Shown: one piece after another, positions 38,514 to 49,277 of the stretch | Numbering within the stretch: position 1 is the stretch's first letter | Layout: each line of letters starts with the position of its first letter | Assembly: GCA_963840035.1 (NCBI GenBank) | Contig: CAWIXE010000002.1 | Location: forward strand, 1,152,001-1,216,000 | From: a candidate division FCPU426 bacterium | GTDB lineage: Bacteria; Oederibacteriota; PGYV01; Palsa-1178 | Length of the DNA: 64,000 nucleotides | Direction: 5' to 3' | The notes under the pieces: model-generated | What the model saw: only the letters and a program-made list of their open reading frames with translations | Databases searched by the model: none | What the model was told of the DNA's origin: nothing | Position numbers and translations under genes: made by a program

Positions 38514-39524
38514 CTATAGTACTTTTCCCCTCCGGCCGGATCCCCTTTGCGTCTGATTCTTAATTATTACCGTATCCAAAAACCATCCCGACAAAGCGCC
38601 TGTGAGCTGTAGCGCAAACACTACAAGCGATAAGGCCAGGGCTTTTTCGCCCGGTATTCCAAAAAAGCCAAGCAGGCCGACTATGCCGCCTTCCCTTAAG
38701 CCAAGCCCCCCGACGGTTATCGGCAGCAGGAGAAGCAACGACACCGACCCATATATCCAGCACCAGTCAAAAATGGCAATATCAAATCCGGCGGCCGCCG
38801 ATATAAAAACATAGATCAGCACGCACAACAGATGAAAAACAAGACCAATTGCCATGCTTGCAAATATGCGTGACAGGTTTTTTGAGTATTCTTTATATGA
38901 AGACATTATAAGATTAATGCTGGAAAAAAAACCGGGCATTACCTTTCCTTTACCCCGGGCCGCGTCAACAAACCTTACGGCCGAACCGTATACAGCCGGA
39001 ATCCTGAGCAAAAATAAAATCAAGGTCATGACAAAAAACAGCGCAATAAATGAGGCCGTTATTAATACAGGCACTTTTGCCTTAGATACCGCTATACCGG
39101 CCAGCGCAAGGGCTATCAGCGGTATGATTGCGGTAAGTTTATCTACAACTACGGACGCGGCTATTAGTTCCGCATCCTTTTTGCCTTTTCCCAGCTTGTA
39201 TGCTTTTACAACATCACCTGCCAGCTGACCCGGAAGCGCCAGTGAATAATACAGCCCTATCAGGCTGTATTTTAAAAGGCTGGCATAAGGATATCGGGGT
39301 ATGAGAATCTTCCATTTTAATACCATTATCAATATGGCGGCAGTATAGATAACCGTGGATAACACAAAATAATTAATGTTAATTGCCCTTAAAAACTCGG
39401 TCAGCGCGCCAAAATTCATCCTTGAAAACACTAAAAACAAAAACACTGCAGTGACGGCTATTTTTGCCGCGGTAACGGCATATTGCCTTAATTTATTTTT
39501 ATCTGCCATTTTCAGCCTGCTCAT
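38514..39524 (-). CDS. Lysylphosphatidylglycerol synthase TM-domain (flippase-like) protein
   Basis: About 8 TM helices; KW..L, LPGQLAGDVVK, DK, LPITVGGLGLREG. Confidence 0.85.
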   Translation of the reverse strand: MSRLKMADKNKLRQYAVTAAKIAVTAVFLFLVFSRMNFGALTEFLRAININYFVLSTVIYTAAILIMVLKWKILIPRYPYASLLKYSLIGLYYSLALPGQLAGDVVKAYKLGKGKKDAELIAASVVVDKLTAIIPLIALALAGIAVSKAKVPVLITASFIALFFVMTLILFLLRIPAVYGSAVRFVDAARGKGKVMPGFFSSINLIMSSYKEYSKNLSRIFASMAIGLVFHLLCVLIYVFISAAAGFDIAIFDWCWIYGSVSLLLLLPITVGGLGLREGGIVGLLGFFGIPGEKALALSLVVFALQLTGALSGWFLDTVIIKNQTQRGSGRRGKVL

Positions 39525-40404
39525 TTGATTTCCTGATGGTTAATATTATAGGATCAAAAACCCCTGTCAAAACACATATTTTAGCGGCCAGGCCGTTTAT
39601 TTTGAGCGTTTTTAATAAATTCACCGCCTTTTTCACGATAGACAACCCGCCCCAGGCTTCAAAATCAAGGTTAAGCATGCGCTCGTAGAACGTCCCTTCC
39701 CCAAAAGAAAGAACCTCGAACTTATATTTTCGCGATAATTGTTTAAGGTTTTTTTTAGTCCAGCCCATATTTAATTCAGTCCTTATGGTTTTTGCGAATG
39801 AATTATCCCTTCCGCAAACATGCTTTATGTACCACGGGAAGAAAGCCTTGAAAAAAACAGGCGGATGGAATACGGCATAGTGCCCGTCAAAAAAGGAATG
39901 GTAATTCGGGTAAACAAACTGAAGCAGCCCGCCGGGTTTTAAGACCCGCATTGATTCCGCAAGGACCAATGCCGGGTCAGTTGTATGTTCAAGGGCATTT
40001 GTAGAATATACTATATCAAAGGAATTATCATCAAACGGTATTTTCTCGCCAACAGCGTTCACTATTCTTCCCGGGTCTATGCCGTTTACTTCAAATAATT
40101 TTTTTGATATTTTAAGGGATGCCTTAAAACCTTCAGAATCCGGTTCTATGCCATAGCCATCTGCTTGATAGTCTTTAATCCATCCGGCCAGATTCACGCC
40201 CAGCCCCGACCCCACTTCAAGCAGCTTCATGCCCTTTAGGCTCTGGAATTTGGATAATATCCCGTATTGCCTGGCAGATTTAACAGGATTAATGCTGTCT
40301 TTTGCTGCCTGCTCAACCGATATGCCTTTCATCTGCAGCATGGGCATAAGTTCAAGCCACTGCGCATGCACCATTTTTTGTATTTCATCATTAATCAGGA
40401 TCAT
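39499..40404 (-). CDS. Class I SAM-dependent methyltransferase
   Basis: LLEVGSGLG, EKIPFDDNSFDIV, LEH, RVLKPGG. Confidence 0.9.
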   Translation of the reverse strand: MILINDEIQKMVHAQWLELMPMLQMKGISVEQAAKDSINPVKSARQYGILSKFQSLKGMKLLEVGSGLGVNLAGWIKDYQADGYGIEPDSEGFKASLKISKKLFEVNGIDPGRIVNAVGEKIPFDDNSFDIVYSTNALEHTTDPALVLAESMRVLKPGGLLQFVYPNYHSFFDGHYAVFHPPVFFKAFFPWYIKHVCGRDNSFAKTIRTELNMGWTKKNLKQLSRKYKFEVLSFGEGTFYERMLNLDFEAWGGLSIVKKAVNLLKTLKINGLAAKICVLTGVFDPIILTIRKSNEQAENGR

Positions 40405-41171
40405 GCATGCCTCTTTTTTATATCCCTGATAAAAAGCCCTATAAATTCGTCGCCAAAATGCCTCTTTGTCGAGAAATACCTGAAAGTAATGTATATGATA
40501 AAAGATATCATTTTTTTAAACGCGCTGTATTTTCCAAGAGAAAAACCGTCATTGCCCATATTAACAACGTTGCATAAGTCCCTGTAAATCGGCGAATAAA
40601 ACGGGAACCCGGCATAATACAATGTTACCGGGACAAACCCAAACTTTTTCATTTGCTCTTCAACCTGCCCTTTGGCAAAATTCCTGGCATGACCCACATT
40701 TTTTTCAAACGGCCTCATTCTTCCTGTCGGGAAAGAAATCATAACATATTTTTTTGACGACTTACAAATTTTTCCTAACAAAGTCTCCCATTTCCCCACA
40801 TGCTCAAGCACTTCAAAACAGGTTATCAGATCATATTTTTTTATCATTAATGAAATATTTCTATTATCCAGCGCAAATTCCAAATTAGACAGTTTATAAT
40901 TCATTTTTCCGCACTTAATTCCTGTGTTGCTGAAATCAACGCCTTTTATCTGTGCCTGTGGAAAAGCTTTTGCAAGGTTATACGCAATTGTGCCCTCCCC
41001 GCATCCCACATCAAGAATATGTTTTATGCCGCTATCATATATGATCATTTTTAAAATGTTAAAAACAAGGCTTCTGTGCCAATGTGAAGCAGGACCGTAT
41101 ATCTTCTGATCCACAAAACGCGCCCAGTTCGTATCATAAAATTCCTTATTTTTTTTTGTTGCTTTATCCAT
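40401..41171 (-). CDS. Class I SAM-dependent methyltransferase
   Basis: ILDVGCGEG, GVDFS, YDLITCFEVLEHV. Confidence 0.88.
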   Translation of the reverse strand: MDKATKKNKEFYDTNWARFVDQKIYGPASHWHRSLVFNILKMIIYDSGIKHILDVGCGEGTIAYNLAKAFPQAQIKGVDFSNTGIKCGKMNYKLSNLEFALDNRNISLMIKKYDLITCFEVLEHVGKWETLLGKICKSSKKYVMISFPTGRMRPFEKNVGHARNFAKGQVEEQMKKFGFVPVTLYYAGFPFYSPIYRDLCNVVNMGNDGFSLGKYSAFKKMISFIIYITFRYFSTKRHFGDEFIGLFIRDIKKRHA

Positions 41172-42303
41172 TTACCCCGCCTCTAAAAATACCGGCATAT
41201 TGTGAAGCCGTGTACTTCCAAGAAAAATTTTTAACGGCAATATCACGTGAAACTCTTCCCATTTCAGCAGCTTTCTTCCTGTCGAATAGAAATGCAGTCA
41301 ATTTTTCCAGCATTTCCTCGGGTTTATCAAGGTCAAACAACAGCCCGTTTTTACCATTTTTTACAAGTTCGTTATTTCCCTCTATATTACTTGCTATAAT
41401 CGGCAGGCCACACGACATCGCCTCCAGTACGGCGTTGGGCATGCCTTCATATACAGAAGGATTTATAAAGCAATCAGCCTTTTGATATTCATTACGTAAT
41501 TCATCTTTTGTTTTCCAGTCAAGTACAAATACAGAATTACTAAGCCCATTCTGAATTATAAATGCTTCAATTTTGGCTTTTAATGGTCCTCCACCTATCA
41601 AAGTTAACATGAAAGACGGTGTTCCCTTCAAATTGACTTTCTTAATGCTATTTAGCAGGAATAATAGATTCTTTTGCTTATGAAACCTACCTACAAACAA
41701 AAAATTGAAAATTTTATCAGGTTTTCTTTCCGAAGGGCAGTAAAAATCCGTATCTACCCCATTTGGAATAACCCTTACTTCAAAAGGATCAGCTATTTCA
41801 GATTTAAGCTTAAGGCCATCAGAATTTGCAACAATAGCCGCCGCATTTTTTAAGACATTACGCCTGATTGGAGATAAAAGGAAATATATCAAGCCGAGCT
41901 CCTTTTCAGTGCCAGGTACATCGCCACCGCGCAGGGATATTATGTAATTTATACGCATCTTGTTTTTTATATATAGCGCAATAGGTCCGCACGGAATTGA
42001 AAAAAAAGAAATAACTCCGTTTATTTTTTCCTTTTGTACTATCTGTATGGAACTAAGAAAAGCCGACAGCACAAATGCTGCCATTTCGAAAATATTGCTC
42101 CTATCGAGTCTTGCGCGCATCGATGGAATCCTGTATATATTTACACCCTTTTCACTTGAAAAGCCTTTTAATTTTTTAAAAGCAGATGTTATAACAGTAA
42201 CATTATGTCCGAGTTTTACAAGCGACTCAGCGATATAATATGTAGCATTTGACGCCCCACCGCCCGTGGGCGGATATTCATAATTAATTAAAAGTATATT
42301 CAT
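41164..42303 (-). CDS. Glycosyltransferase family 4
   Basis: NYEYPPTGGGA, IPNGVD, FVGRF..QKN, EGMPNAVLEAMSCGLP. Confidence 0.93.
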   Translation of the reverse strand: MNILLINYEYPPTGGGASNATYYIAESLVKLGHNVTVITSAFKKLKGFSSEKGVNIYRIPSMRARLDRSNIFEMAAFVLSAFLSSIQIVQKEKINGVISFFSIPCGPIALYIKNKMRINYIISLRGGDVPGTEKELGLIYFLLSPIRRNVLKNAAAIVANSDGLKLKSEIADPFEVRVIPNGVDTDFYCPSERKPDKIFNFLFVGRFHKQKNLLFLLNSIKKVNLKGTPSFMLTLIGGGPLKAKIEAFIIQNGLSNSVFVLDWKTKDELRNEYQKADCFINPSVYEGMPNAVLEAMSCGLPIIASNIEGNNELVKNGKNGLLFDLDKPEEMLEKLTAFLFDRKKAAEMGRVSRDIAVKNFSWKYTASQYAGIFRGGVNG

Positions 42304-42323
42304 CTCGCCTCATATTCTAAGAT

Positions 42324-43355
42324 CTATTTTTTATTTTTCTTTTCTTCATTGATATACCAGCTAAAACTGTCTCCTCGCAAATAAGCAAAAAAACTGCGTA
42401 AAGGATACGTGAAATGCCTCCTGAAGATGTCGCTCCAGAGTATTTTTACAACAAACTTATACTTCATCAAGTTGTTTTCGAACCTAAGATACAAATTTTG
42501 TTTAGCTCTTAAAAATTTTCTTTTTATATCATTAACCTTCACAGGTCCTGTAAAATTAATATCCCCATAAACTACTTTCGTCATTCTATTGAAATAATTT
42601 ATATATTTTATTTCGCCTTGATTAAACCCTATTATTTCCGATGCTACAATATCATTGACTAAAGGGCTGTTTGCAAAACCTATAAGATTCATTTCAACCA
42701 TATTTCCACTGAGTGGCCCCTGACCTTCCATACACTTTATGGCATCAAGAACAACTACTGTTCTTTCAGCATATACAGAATTAATATCCGCTACAGCCTT
42801 ATCAATATTTTTATGATAAATAACCCTGTACGGATCAGGAATGAGTCCAAACATATTCTTCATGGCACAAGTCATTAAAGCAAATTTATGTGTTTTTAAT
42901 TTTGGCATATTGATAATCAAATCAGCAGCCAGCGACTTTTCTGAAAGATTTATCTCTTTAATCAGTAATCCATTATCAATTTTTACTGGCACTTGTTTGT
43001 CATGGCTGCAGTTAACTATTTCAAATCCGTACTTATCTTGTAGTTGCTTAACACCCATCAATTCCAGAGTACGCTCCAATTTTCTGCCTTTCATTCTGGA
43101 ACCGGTTTCACTTTCACCGATTAAAATCCGAATATTGAACTCAGATAAGTATTTAACCACTGCCTCAATCATCCTGATGTCGGTATTACTTCCCTTCTCG
43201 ATGTACTCTTCTACATCCGAGACCAAATTAGGTTTAATAAATACAGACCTTGCGGTTTTGATCCTATCAGCAATTCCCGACCGCATTATGCCCTGATTAA
43301 TTATTTGATCAATGTTCGTGCCATCAAATGCATATAAAGCAAATTTAGCTTCCAT
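42324..43355 (-). CDS. DUF362 family protein
   Basis: IKPNLV, INMPKLKTH, TCAMKNMFG, DAIKCMEGQGP. GAGGAG RBS before ATG 43355; the ORF track starts at 43421. Confidence 0.82.
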   Translation of the reverse strand: MEAKFALYAFDGTNIDQIINQGIMRSGIADRIKTARSVFIKPNLVSDVEEYIEKGSNTDIRMIEAVVKYLSEFNIRILIGESETGSRMKGRKLERTLELMGVKQLQDKYGFEIVNCSHDKQVPVKIDNGLLIKEINLSEKSLAADLIINMPKLKTHKFALMTCAMKNMFGLIPDPYRVIYHKNIDKAVADINSVYAERTVVVLDAIKCMEGQGPLSGNMVEMNLIGFANSPLVNDIVASEIIGFNQGEIKYINYFNRMTKVVYGDINFTGPVKVNDIKRKFLRAKQNLYLRFENNLMKYKFVVKILWSDIFRRHFTYPLRSFFAYLRGDSFSWYINEEKKNKK

Positions 43356-43410
43356 AGCGCTCCTCATATAAATATTGTATTTAAAACTTCTTGGTATATT
43401 ATCATTTATC

Positions 43411-44745
43411 TTATATCTCACTTACCACATAAAGGTATTTTCCATTTTTATTTGGTAAAATATCATTTACGACCTCAATGCCCACCTCGCACTTATCATC
43501 CATTACTTTTTTAACAATAAGCTCGACTTTTTCCCTTATTTTTTCCGGGTTAATATTTTCACCGAGTACCAGCTTAATCAGTATATAATCATAACTTTTT
43601 TGTATAACCTGGAATTTTTTTATACCTCCTGTATTAAAAACAACACCGATAAAATGAATGAATAAAAGTGGTGAAATAGTCTCTCCGTTACGTTTCTTTA
43701 TTGATTCCACATACCGACCTACCACATTTTTAAACATAATCGTAGGCCTTCCACACGGGCATTGTTCGTATGTAAGTGATCCGTAATCGCCTATTTCATA
43801 TCTTATTAACGGCATTGAATAGTTAGTAAGTGTAGTAACAACTATCCTTCCCGTTTTGCCTGCTTCTAGAGGCTGACAGTTTTCATCGATTATTTCGACT
43901 TTATTTCTCCATTCGCTTATATGAAGACCTTGTTGCTGAGCACAACTACACGCCACACCGCCTAGTTCCCTTGATCCATACCGATTGTATACCTTTGTCC
44001 TGAATACTTTTGATATTAATTCATGCATTTCCGGGAAAAGTGTACCCGCACCCGTTACGATTCCTGCAGGAGAATGAACTACAATTTTATTTTTTTCAAT
44101 AAACTTTGAGAGTTCATAGATAGAATCAGCATACGCTTCTATCCATCTCGGTTTGAATCTATTAATCTGCAAAATATATTTGTTCATCTTATCATGGTCC
44201 ATCATGAAGGCGTTGAGGTCTATCCTGTTGTAGAAATAATTTCTTATTGATATATCATAACGTTGATTAGGAAGCAAGTCTCTCTCCGACCCCCATAGCC
44301 GGAGTTCCTTTTGCCCGGGAATTTGGCCCCCAAAAGTTTTGAAATACATCATATTAGCAACATCGCATTCATAATAACCCTGATCCTGTATAAATTCAAT
44401 TGGGATACCAGTTGTACCTCCGGTGTGATTTTTGAAACTTCCATATTTGTCATGTTGATCCGAGTACAAATCCATACCTGCTCTCCCTATTATTTCCTTC
44501 GTAAGTAGCGGTACTTTACTAAAATTCATCATATTAACAACACCTTTGTTAACAAGCCCCGCCTCTATAAAACACCTCTTATAAAACGGAACATGTTCAT
44601 ACGCATATAATATTGTCTCACGCAGCTTATTTTCGCATATATCTTTCAACTGCGCCGGTTTCAAGTCATCAAAAGCAATCATGCTTTTCAATTGACTGTT
44701 TATTTTGTGCATTCCTATTTTAAAAAATAAATTACGCCAATTCAA
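43411..44745 (-). CDS. Phenylacetate-CoA ligase family adenylating enzyme (CapK-like)
   Basis: YAYEHVPFY, TGGTTG.P, YGSRE, TTLTNYSMPLIRYEIGD, CPCGR, GR, NGK. Confidence 0.87.
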   Translation of the reverse strand: MNWRNLFFKIGMHKINSQLKSMIAFDDLKPAQLKDICENKLRETILYAYEHVPFYKRCFIEAGLVNKGVVNMMNFSKVPLLTKEIIGRAGMDLYSDQHDKYGSFKNHTGGTTGIPIEFIQDQGYYECDVANMMYFKTFGGQIPGQKELRLWGSERDLLPNQRYDISIRNYFYNRIDLNAFMMDHDKMNKYILQINRFKPRWIEAYADSIYELSKFIEKNKIVVHSPAGIVTGAGTLFPEMHELISKVFRTKVYNRYGSRELGGVACSCAQQQGLHISEWRNKVEIIDENCQPLEAGKTGRIVVTTLTNYSMPLIRYEIGDYGSLTYEQCPCGRPTIMFKNVVGRYVESIKKRNGETISPLLFIHFIGVVFNTGGIKKFQVIQKSYDYILIKLVLGENINPEKIREKVELIVKKVMDDKCEVGIEVVNDILPNKNGKYLYVVSEI

Positions 44746-44813
44746 TCATCCGCTCCTTTTTACAGTTAATTTTAAGTACCGGCACATACCACAAAATATC
44801 TCCGTAACACACC

Positions 44814-46670
44814 CTATATTCTCATTTCATAAAATGCATTTAATTGCGCACAATTATATAAAAACAGCCTATTGTCCGCCTTTCCGTGTTTATGAGCCGC
44901 AGAATAACTTCCTATATTCCTAATATATTTCAAATTAATGTCCTCAATATTAAGAAAATCGTCTTCACAAAACCACTTTCCTACAGGTATACCAAAGCCT
45001 TTCTTTTTACGGCTAGTAATCTCCGGTGGCAGTATTCCCATCGCTGCCGATTTCAGGATGTATTTTGTCGTATTTCCCCTAAACTTGAACTGCCATGGTA
45101 TTTTGCGTACAAAATCAACCAATTCATTATCCAAAAACGGTGCACGCACTTCCAGCGAATTCATCATACTTGCCCTGTCTATTTTAACAAGTATATCATC
45201 TTGAAGATATAATTTTGTATAAAAGGCCAGTGTTTTATCGACAATATTCAATTGTTTTGTATTATCCCAGCACTCTATTGCTTCAGAATATATATCTTCA
45301 GCGTCCGTTGGTTCATTAAATATGTCATCCATTTCATGCGGACTTAACGCTCCGCCCCAAACAGGCAGCCATATTTTTTCCTGATATAATAGACCTCTCA
45401 AAGCCCTCTTAATTTTGAAATCTAGACTCATATTTACATGCGATGTCGGCATTTTTGATGCAAGCATTAGTATTACCTGGTGAATTGGCTTTGGCACTAT
45501 TTTTGAATACAATTCTGCAAGCGCCAGTGCTTTAAACGGGTCATACCCGGCAAATAGTTCATCTGCTCCATCACCGCCAATGGCAACAGTAACATGCTTT
45601 CTCGTTTCTCTGCAAAGCATGTAAGTAGGAAGCAACGAACTGTCACCCATCGGTTCGTCAAGATTGCTCATAACCTCTCCCATAAGCATTTTGGCCTTAT
45701 CAAGTGAAAAAACTTCTGTATGATGTTCAGTTTCAAAAAAACTTGATACTTTGTTGAAATACTTTGATTCATCAAAACTTTCTTCATTAAACCCGATAGA
45801 AAAAGTCTTCAAGCCGCCAATCGGAAAATATCTGCTTGCAAACGCTGTAATCAAAGATGAGTCTATACCACCGCTTAAAAATACGCCGAGTGGTACATCT
45901 GCAATAAGCCTTCTTTTTACAGCCGCATTAAGCAGGCTCATTAACTCTTCGCCCCAGACCTTTTCAGGATTTTTCGGTGTTTTTTCAAACGGTTCAATTA
46001 CAAAATCCCAGTATTTTTTGATTTTAATGGCATTGTCACGAAGGTTGAACAACATGTTATACCCGCCGGGAAGCTTATATATTTGTTCATATAATGAATT
46101 CGGCGAAGGAATATATCCATAAGCAAAATATTTTTTTAGGCTTCTTTTTGAAATGGACGCTTGTATTTCCGGATGCTGTATAAGCGAGGACAATTCCGAA
46201 GAAAACGCGAATACCCCCTTCTGAAAAGAATAAAACAACGGTTTCTTTCCAAACCTGTCCCTGCTTAGGAATATCTGTTTTTTTCTCTTGTCATAAACAG
46301 CAAAAGCCCACATGCCGTTTAATTTAGGGACTATACCCTCTCCCCATTCATAATAACCGTGCAGCAGTGTCTCTGTATCAGAGTGGTCAGTTTTGAATAC
46401 ATGCCCAAGGGAGGTAAGTTCTTTTCTGATGTCCGCGTGGTTGTAGATTTCGCCGTTAAAAACTAATCCAAGCATATTATCTGAAGTCCACATGGGCTGC
46501 CTCCCGCCCATAATGTCTATTATTGAAAGTCGTCTGTGTCCCAAATAAAGATTTTCTTTTTTATCAGAATAATATCCTTCCTCATCAGGCCCACGGTGTA
46601 CTAGTTTATCGGTCATCCTTTTTATATCTTCATCACTTCCGTGTCCGACAAAACCGCAAATACCGCACAT
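44814..46670 (-). CDS. asnB: Asparagine synthase (glutamine-hydrolysing) family amidotransferase
   Basis: MCGICG, HRGPD, RRLSIID, NGEIYN, SDTE, RDRFGKKPL, LSGGIDSS, GDGADELFAGY, EVRAPFLD, KKGF. Confidence 0.93.
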   Translation of the reverse strand: MCGICGFVGHGSDEDIKRMTDKLVHRGPDEEGYYSDKKENLYLGHRRLSIIDIMGGRQPMWTSDNMLGLVFNGEIYNHADIRKELTSLGHVFKTDHSDTETLLHGYYEWGEGIVPKLNGMWAFAVYDKRKKQIFLSRDRFGKKPLFYSFQKGVFAFSSELSSLIQHPEIQASISKRSLKKYFAYGYIPSPNSLYEQIYKLPGGYNMLFNLRDNAIKIKKYWDFVIEPFEKTPKNPEKVWGEELMSLLNAAVKRRLIADVPLGVFLSGGIDSSLITAFASRYFPIGGLKTFSIGFNEESFDESKYFNKVSSFFETEHHTEVFSLDKAKMLMGEVMSNLDEPMGDSSLLPTYMLCRETRKHVTVAIGGDGADELFAGYDPFKALALAELYSKIVPKPIHQVILMLASKMPTSHVNMSLDFKIKRALRGLLYQEKIWLPVWGGALSPHEMDDIFNEPTDAEDIYSEAIECWDNTKQLNIVDKTLAFYTKLYLQDDILVKIDRASMMNSLEVRAPFLDNELVDFVRKIPWQFKFRGNTTKYILKSAAMGILPPEITSRKKKGFGIPVGKWFCEDDFLNIEDINLKYIRNIGSYSAAHKHGKADNRLFLYNCAQLNAFYEMRI

Positions 46671-46683
46671 TGTTATCTTCCCA

Positions 46684-47622
46684 TCATATGTTTTTCTTCT
46701 CTTTTATAACATAAACCTGCTTATCCTGGGCTTCATGGTAGGTCCTGTTTTGTATTTCAGCTAAGAGGCCAAAAAAAAGCGAAACAAATCCGATTAAACC
46801 GAAAAGTACCACAAGCATTGGAAGCGGCGTCTGTATGAATGATTTGCCTCCCCAGTATTTGAAATATATCATAAAGCCAATCGACAGTATCGACGCGAAA
46901 AAATTATAGAACGCGAATTGCCCAAAAAAATGCATGGGTTTCTGGGAATATTTCCTGAGAAAAACGAGCACCAGCAGATCAAGCAGGACCTTAAATACCC
47001 TTTTAAGCCCGTATTTGGACTTGCCGTATTTACGCGGATAATGAGCGACAGGAATTTCCGCTATTTTAGCGCCATGCCAGCTTGCATATACCGGTATGAA
47101 CCTGTGCATTTCACCGTATAATTTAATATTTTTAATTATAGTTTTTTTATACGCTTTAAGCGAACATCCGTAGTCGTGCAGCGCTACGCCGGTAATCCAT
47201 GAAATGAGGATATTCGCAATCCTGCTGGGAAAGTTCCTTAAAAGCACATTGTCTTTTCTGTCTTTCCTCCATCCCGATACCACATCATACCCTTCATTCA
47301 TTTTATCGAGCATTTTTTTAATATCTGCCGGGTCATTTTGCAGGTCGCCGTCAAGCGGGATTATTATTTCCCCCCGGGATTGGTTAAACCCGGCCATGAT
47401 AGCGGCAGTTTGTCCATAATTTGTATCAAAACTGATAAATTTTACCTTTTTATCCTTGCCGGCAAGCGCGCGTAAAACATCCGGGGTTCCGTCATTACTG
47501 CCGTCATTAATGAAAATCAGCTCATATTTGTATCCTATCTTTTTCATTTCAGAAACGACTTTATCATAAAGCGGATTAATGTTGTCCTTTTCATTATAAA
47601 CCGGGACGATTATGGATATCAT
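46684..47622 (-). CDS. GT2 polyprenol-phosphate glycosyltransferase (ArnC-like)
   Basis: PVYNE, INDGSND, NYGQTAA, DGDLQNDP, DYGCSLKAY, GEMHRFIP, two C-terminal TM helices. Confidence 0.92.
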   Translation of the reverse strand: MISIIVPVYNEKDNINPLYDKVVSEMKKIGYKYELIFINDGSNDGTPDVLRALAGKDKKVKFISFDTNYGQTAAIMAGFNQSRGEIIIPLDGDLQNDPADIKKMLDKMNEGYDVVSGWRKDRKDNVLLRNFPSRIANILISWITGVALHDYGCSLKAYKKTIIKNIKLYGEMHRFIPVYASWHGAKIAEIPVAHYPRKYGKSKYGLKRVFKVLLDLLVLVFLRKYSQKPMHFFGQFAFYNFFASILSIGFMIYFKYWGGKSFIQTPLPMLVVLFGLIGFVSLFFGLLAEIQNRTYHEAQDKQVYVIKEKKNI

Positions 47623-49277
47623 ATCGCGCTCCTTTGGGCCTTTTTGTTCAGGCCTTCATAAATTAACAATAGTAAAAAGACAAGTATTATAAGCGGATGT
47701 GTTATCGTGCTTTCAGCGGAATCAGCCCTCAAAACAAAATAACGGTTCGGGACAAGAAGAAGCCCGAAAAGCAGGGCATATGGCAGGTCAAACCTGCCGC
47801 GTTCCTTTGAAATTATAAACATACACATGGGTATGAGTATATGTATAAGCCTGTAATCCGCCGTTATAAAAGGAAACAGAAATATCGACAGTACAAGCAC
47901 AGCAGCATTTTTCCATAATAATGCGCCTGACTTAAACACATAGAACAAGACTAAAAGTATAAGCGGAGCAACCACCAACGGATAAACATTAAAAATCTGG
48001 GTTGTTGTAAATTTCAGTTTTAGCATTATAGCGACTTCCTTTAAAGCCCCGTATAAACTGCTGCAGTTAAATGAGCCCTTATCATCTATGGCATATTCAT
48101 GGTTATATCCCTGGTTCGGGCTTAATAAGCTATTATATACTCCGGTAATGAACTTGCGGGCCGTCCCGTTTAAATCTCCGGTATATATTTGGATACCCGT
48201 CAAAAAAATGCCGAGCAGTGATAAAGCAGCCAAAACGCCAATCATTTTTGACCTCATAATACCTTTTTTCAGTTTTTTCACATTTATCCCTGCTGATCCC
48301 CTATAAAAAACCAGGACTGACAGCAGAACCGACAGCAGGATAAACGCAGGGACACTGGCGACGGTATGGCCCGCGAGATTTGCATGCGCATAAAGGATCT
48401 TATCAAAAAACGTCATAATCTGTTGCCCCAATAATACCGCAACAAAAAAGATCAGGACTTCCCTGTACATCTTCTTCTGAATAAACAGCAAAAGGAAGAT
48501 CGCAAAATAAACTTTTTGCATTAACACTATCATGGCGATTAAAATAACGCTTCCGGCAAATTTGCCCTTCTCAAAGCACAGCATTGATAACGATAATATA
48601 ATAAAAACCAACATTTCGGGATTACCCCTGTCAAGATTGAATAGCATAGGATACGTCAGCAGGGTTAAAATAACGACATGGTAAAACAAGCCGTTTTGTA
48701 ATTCCTTATTTTGTCCCAAATACAAACGGATAAAATACATCACGTAAAACACGAACGCGAGCGCGTATAACACATATGCCCCAAACCAGTTCTCCCTGAA
48801 AAAAAATGAAAACACGCTGAGGATGTAATTATTTGGCGACGAAGCAAAAGAACTATAAGGGCCTGATTTTTTTAGTGTTAATTGATTATAGCTGTTAAGA
48901 AAATCATTGAATTTATCCTCAGCGCCGTATAAAAAAGTGTTATATGGAAAATGGCCTATCATATATACATTAACAAAATACAGATACAATACTGCCGACG
49001 CGAAACCGGCTATGACCACCGATGATATTATGCTTAATTTATCGGCGGGATCAACCGTACGGGACCGGTATTTGGCCGCAAGCATGGCGCAAAAAAGTAT
49101 ATATAGATAGAGGATATTGAATTTGACAAGGTCTACTATCGCCGCGTTCCTGCCAAAAAACAGGTCAGCAGCTAACAGCAGCAGTAATGCGGCAACAAAA
49201 ATCATGCGGATGGCGCGCGGAAATAACTCTTTTTGCAAAACTCCAGCGTCAGGCTGAGGCACAGATGCCTTTCTCAC
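47619..49277 (-). CDS. GT87/DUF2029-like membrane glycosyltransferase
   Basis: TFL...EDKFNDF, TYPMLFNLDRGNPE, SSLYGALKE, DYRL; paralog of 35570-37264. Confidence 0.65.
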   Translation of the reverse strand: MRKASVPQPDAGVLQKELFPRAIRMIFVAALLLLLAADLFFGRNAAIVDLVKFNILYLYILFCAMLAAKYRSRTVDPADKLSIISSVVIAGFASAVLYLYFVNVYMIGHFPYNTFLYGAEDKFNDFLNSYNQLTLKKSGPYSSFASSPNNYILSVFSFFFRENWFGAYVLYALAFVFYVMYFIRLYLGQNKELQNGLFYHVVILTLLTYPMLFNLDRGNPEMLVFIILSLSMLCFEKGKFAGSVILIAMIVLMQKVYFAIFLLLFIQKKMYREVLIFFVAVLLGQQIMTFFDKILYAHANLAGHTVASVPAFILLSVLLSVLVFYRGSAGINVKKLKKGIMRSKMIGVLAALSLLGIFLTGIQIYTGDLNGTARKFITGVYNSLLSPNQGYNHEYAIDDKGSFNCSSLYGALKEVAIMLKLKFTTTQIFNVYPLVVAPLILLVLFYVFKSGALLWKNAAVLVLSIFLFPFITADYRLIHILIPMCMFIISKERGRFDLPYALLFGLLLVPNRYFVLRADSAESTITHPLIILVFLLLLIYEGLNKKAQRSAI

